This document shows positions 61,758 to 64,000 of a stretch of DNA of 64,000 bases, piece after piece. Under the pieces are notes generated by a model. It was not told where the DNA came from, searched no databases, and saw only the letters and a list, made by a program, of their open reading frames with translations. The number at the start of each line of letters is the position of its first letter. Position 1 is the first letter of the stretch. Source of the DNA: Candidatus Bathyarchaeota archaeon (GTDB lineage: Archaea > Thermoproteota > Bathyarchaeia > Bathyarchaeales > Bathycorpusculaceae); assembly GCA_963827165.1 (NCBI GenBank), contig CAWGZR010000012.1, positions 64,001 through 128,000 on the forward strand. The letters run 5' to 3'. A program made the position numbers and the translations under genes.

Positions 61758-61856
61758 ATGTTTGGACTATTAGATTTAGCTTCAATCGGTTTAATCTTTG
61801 CTTCATTCGCTATTATAATGTACAACATCAGATTAGAGCTCAAAATCAAAGCATAA
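61758..61856 (+). CDS. 32 aa single-TM microprotein MFGLLDLASIGLIFASFAIIMYNIRLELKIKA
   Basis: GGTGA RBS; paralog at 61342. Confidence 0.75.
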   Translation: MFGLLDLASIGLIFASFAIIMYNIRLELKIKA

Positions 61857-61893
61857 TACACGAAATATGTTTTGTGCACTTTAAATCACAAAG

Positions 61894-62091
61894 ATGAGAA
61901 ATATGGAATTCAAAAACATACACGAAGCATTGAAATATATTAATCACCGAGCGAAAGCCTATCCGAGTGAAATAGACTACTATTCATCGGAAGAATACAG
62001 AAAAGTTTATCCTGAACTTTGTCGCGTAAATCGCTTATTGCAAGCTGCTTATAATGTTCGTCATGAAAGTGGCAGCGTGCCCTTGCGCTAA
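61894..62091 (+). CDS. Small hypothetical protein
   Basis: 65 aa ORF following the microprotein. Confidence 0.45.
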   Translation: MRNMEFKNIHEALKYINHRAKAYPSEIDYYSSEEYRKVYPELCRVNRLLQAAYNVRHESGSVPLR

Positions 62092-62381
62092 GATTCTAAA
62101 GCACATGTTTCTAGCCGACGGCTTTAAAGAGAAAGGAGAAATAGTAACATTAAATGCCATACTCTCACTACACTAATCTGGAAGAACCGATAAGCTGGAA
62201 AATGAAACGCATTTTCTCGAAAAGTTTTCTGAAGGACATAATATCAAGAAAAGGCAGCGCCAAGGAATGCGATAAAGCCGTCGCCTCATTCGTCTTGATG
62301 TGCAAAGTCAACCGACCAAAAAATTACTTAAGGATTTAAGAGGATCGCGCATTAGACAATAGTTCGGTTGGCGGAGTATAT

Positions 62382-64000
62382 TTGGAAAAAGCTGCTTCTT
62401 TACAAATTTACGAGGTCTTCGACGATCTAGGGACGTCACCAAATGGTTTGTCAAGCGAAGAGGCAAAAATTCGCCTGACTAAAAACGGCTACAACCAACT
62501 TTCCGAAAAAAAACAATTACCCTTTATTCATAAATTTATTAGAAATCTTCGGGACTTATTCGGCATTTTATTGCTCGTTGCAAGCATATTATCTTACATA
62601 AGCGGCAGCCCGGAACTCGCATTAATCATACTGGCTGTTGTTTTCGTAAACATTTTTGTAAGTTTGTTCCAAGAGTCCCGTGCAGAAAAAGCGATGGCAA
62701 CTCTGAGAAGCTGGATGCCTGAGTTTGCCAAAGTAATTCGAGACGGAGAGCTTAAGAAAATCTCAGTCAGAGAAATCGTTCCCGGAGACATTATATCTCT
62801 TGATGAAGGCGACCGTGTGCCGGCAGACGCACGCTTAATCGAGGCTTTTGACTTGTGGACCAATAATGTCCCCTTGACCGGCGAATCGGAGCCGCAGCCG
62901 CGTGTTGCTGAATCGGTGCAAGTTGTAGAGAAAGCCTACTTGTACGCGCCTAACCTCGTGTTCATGAGCACAAGTGTCGCCAAAGGTCAAGGGAAAGCAA
63001 TTGTTTACTCAACAGGAATGAATACCCAGTTTGGAAAAATCGCTAATTTAACTCAGACAATCCATGAAGAGGAAAGCCCGCTTCAGAAAGAAATCGCTTT
63101 AACAGCAAAGTATGACTTCATAATTGCTATTGGCGTTGGCGCATCATTTTTTGTCGCTAGTTTTCTGTTTCTACACGCAACTTTGGCGACAAGCATTTTC
63201 TTTATGATTGGTGTAATGGTTGCTTGTGTTCCTGAAGGGTTACAAGTCACTGTGTCGAGCGCCTTAGCTATCAACGTTCTAAAGATGGTCAAGCAGAACG
63301 TTTTAGTAAAACGGTTATCAGCCGTCCAAACCTTAGGCAGCGTTACCGTAATCTGCACAGACAAAACAGGCACGATAACAAAAGGCGAAATGACTGTAAA
63401 CAAACTATGGGTTTACAACTACGTTGTGGATGTTTCCGGTTTAGGTTATACGCCTGAAGGAGACTTCACAACAAACGGTCAGCCATTGCAAGAAGGGCAA
63501 ACGGATTCACTAGAGAGGCTCATGGAGATTGCCGCGCTCTGCAACGGTGCAAAGTTGGATCCACCTTCGGATAGAAACAAAAATTGGGGTGTGATAGGTG
63601 ATCCTACCGACGGGGCTTTGCTCGTTGCGGCACTTAAGTCGAATGTGAACGTCCAGGATGCTCTGGACAAGAAACCCATTGTGCATCTTTTGCCGTTCAG
63701 TTTTGAGCGAAAACGAATGAGTACCGTGCATAAATTGAACGGTGATTTCTATATTTATACGAAAGGTGCTCCCCGAAACATCTTAGATATATGCAACAGA
63801 GTGCTTGTGGGCGGCGAAATTAAAGAATTAGACGAAGAAAACATGATGCTTGTTGAATCAAGGATTCGCGAGTTTGCGAATCAAGGCTTGCGAGTCATAG
63901 CTGTAGCGTATAAGGTGATACCCAAAAACCAATACAGCAAAGACGAAGCAGAGGAAGACCTAATTTTTGTCGGCTTAACTGCGATGCGCGATCCTCCCAG
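62382..64000 (+). CDS. P-type (type II-like) cation-transporting ATPase, truncated by the window end
   Basis: TTG start with GGAG RBS; GDRVPADAR, LTGES, VPEGL, ICTDKTGTIT, GDPT, KGAP, MRDPP. Confidence 0.95.
   Translation, partial: MEKAASLQIYEVFDDLGTSPNGLSSEEAKIRLTKNGYNQLSEKKQLPFIHKFIRNLRDLFGILLLVASILSYISGSPELALIILAVVFVNIFVSLFQESRAEKAMATLRSWMPEFAKVIRDGELKKISVREIVPGDIISLDEGDRVPADARLIEAFDLWTNNVPLTGESEPQPRVAESVQVVEKAYLYAPNLVFMSTSVAKGQGKAIVYSTGMNTQFGKIANLTQTIHEEESPLQKEIALTAKYDFIIAIGVGASFFVASFLFLHATLATSIFFMIGVMVACVPEGLQVTVSSALAINVLKMVKQNVLVKRLSAVQTLGSVTVICTDKTGTITKGEMTVNKLWVYNYVVDVSGLGYTPEGDFTTNGQPLQEGQTDSLERLMEIAALCNGAKLDPPSDRNKNWGVIGDPTDGALLVAALKSNVNVQDALDKKPIVHLLPFSFERKRMSTVHKLNGDFYIYTKGAPRNILDICNRVLVGGEIKELDEENMMLVESRIREFANQGLRVIAVAYKVIPKNQYSKDEAEEDLIFVGLTAMRDPP

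Noticed and set aside
62594-63731. Several minus-strand ORFs
   Set aside because: Antisense to the P-type ATPase, which the ORF track missed because it runs off the window

Overview
Archaeal genomic window, most consistent with a TACK lineage such as Bathyarchaeia (inferred from co-occurrence of a Cren7-like chromatin protein, TBP, FtsZ, Lhr and an intron-containing tRNA-Trp). Bases 1 to ~16.4 kb are the right part of an integrated mobile element. It carries a frameshifted PrimPol-PriL(C-term)-MCM replication fusion, a wHTH regulator, a type I restriction-modification system, a ParB-like / ABC-ATPase / GNAT cassette with a candidate -1 programmed frameshift, and an atypical tyrosine integrase. 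The rest is host chromosome: rnz, aKMT-like methyltransferase, lhr, pyk, cren7, tbp, pyrE, pstSCAB-phoU, ABC transporters, radical SAM enzymes, ftsZ, a two-intron tRNA-Trp, PiT, an APC permease and a P-type ATPase. Two signals not explained by the ORF track stand out. (1) Four promoters at 58.4-61.8 kb share a TTCATAA-N3-TTATGAA box at a fixed distance from a TATA box, and each drives an unannotated 31-44 aa microprotein; two of these are paralogous single-TM peptides. (2) A ~130-180 bp non-coding element with an exact 10-bp-period array occurs three times. Several genes contain small-indel frameshifts that may be assembly errors. All protein assignments are from motif recognition, not database searches.
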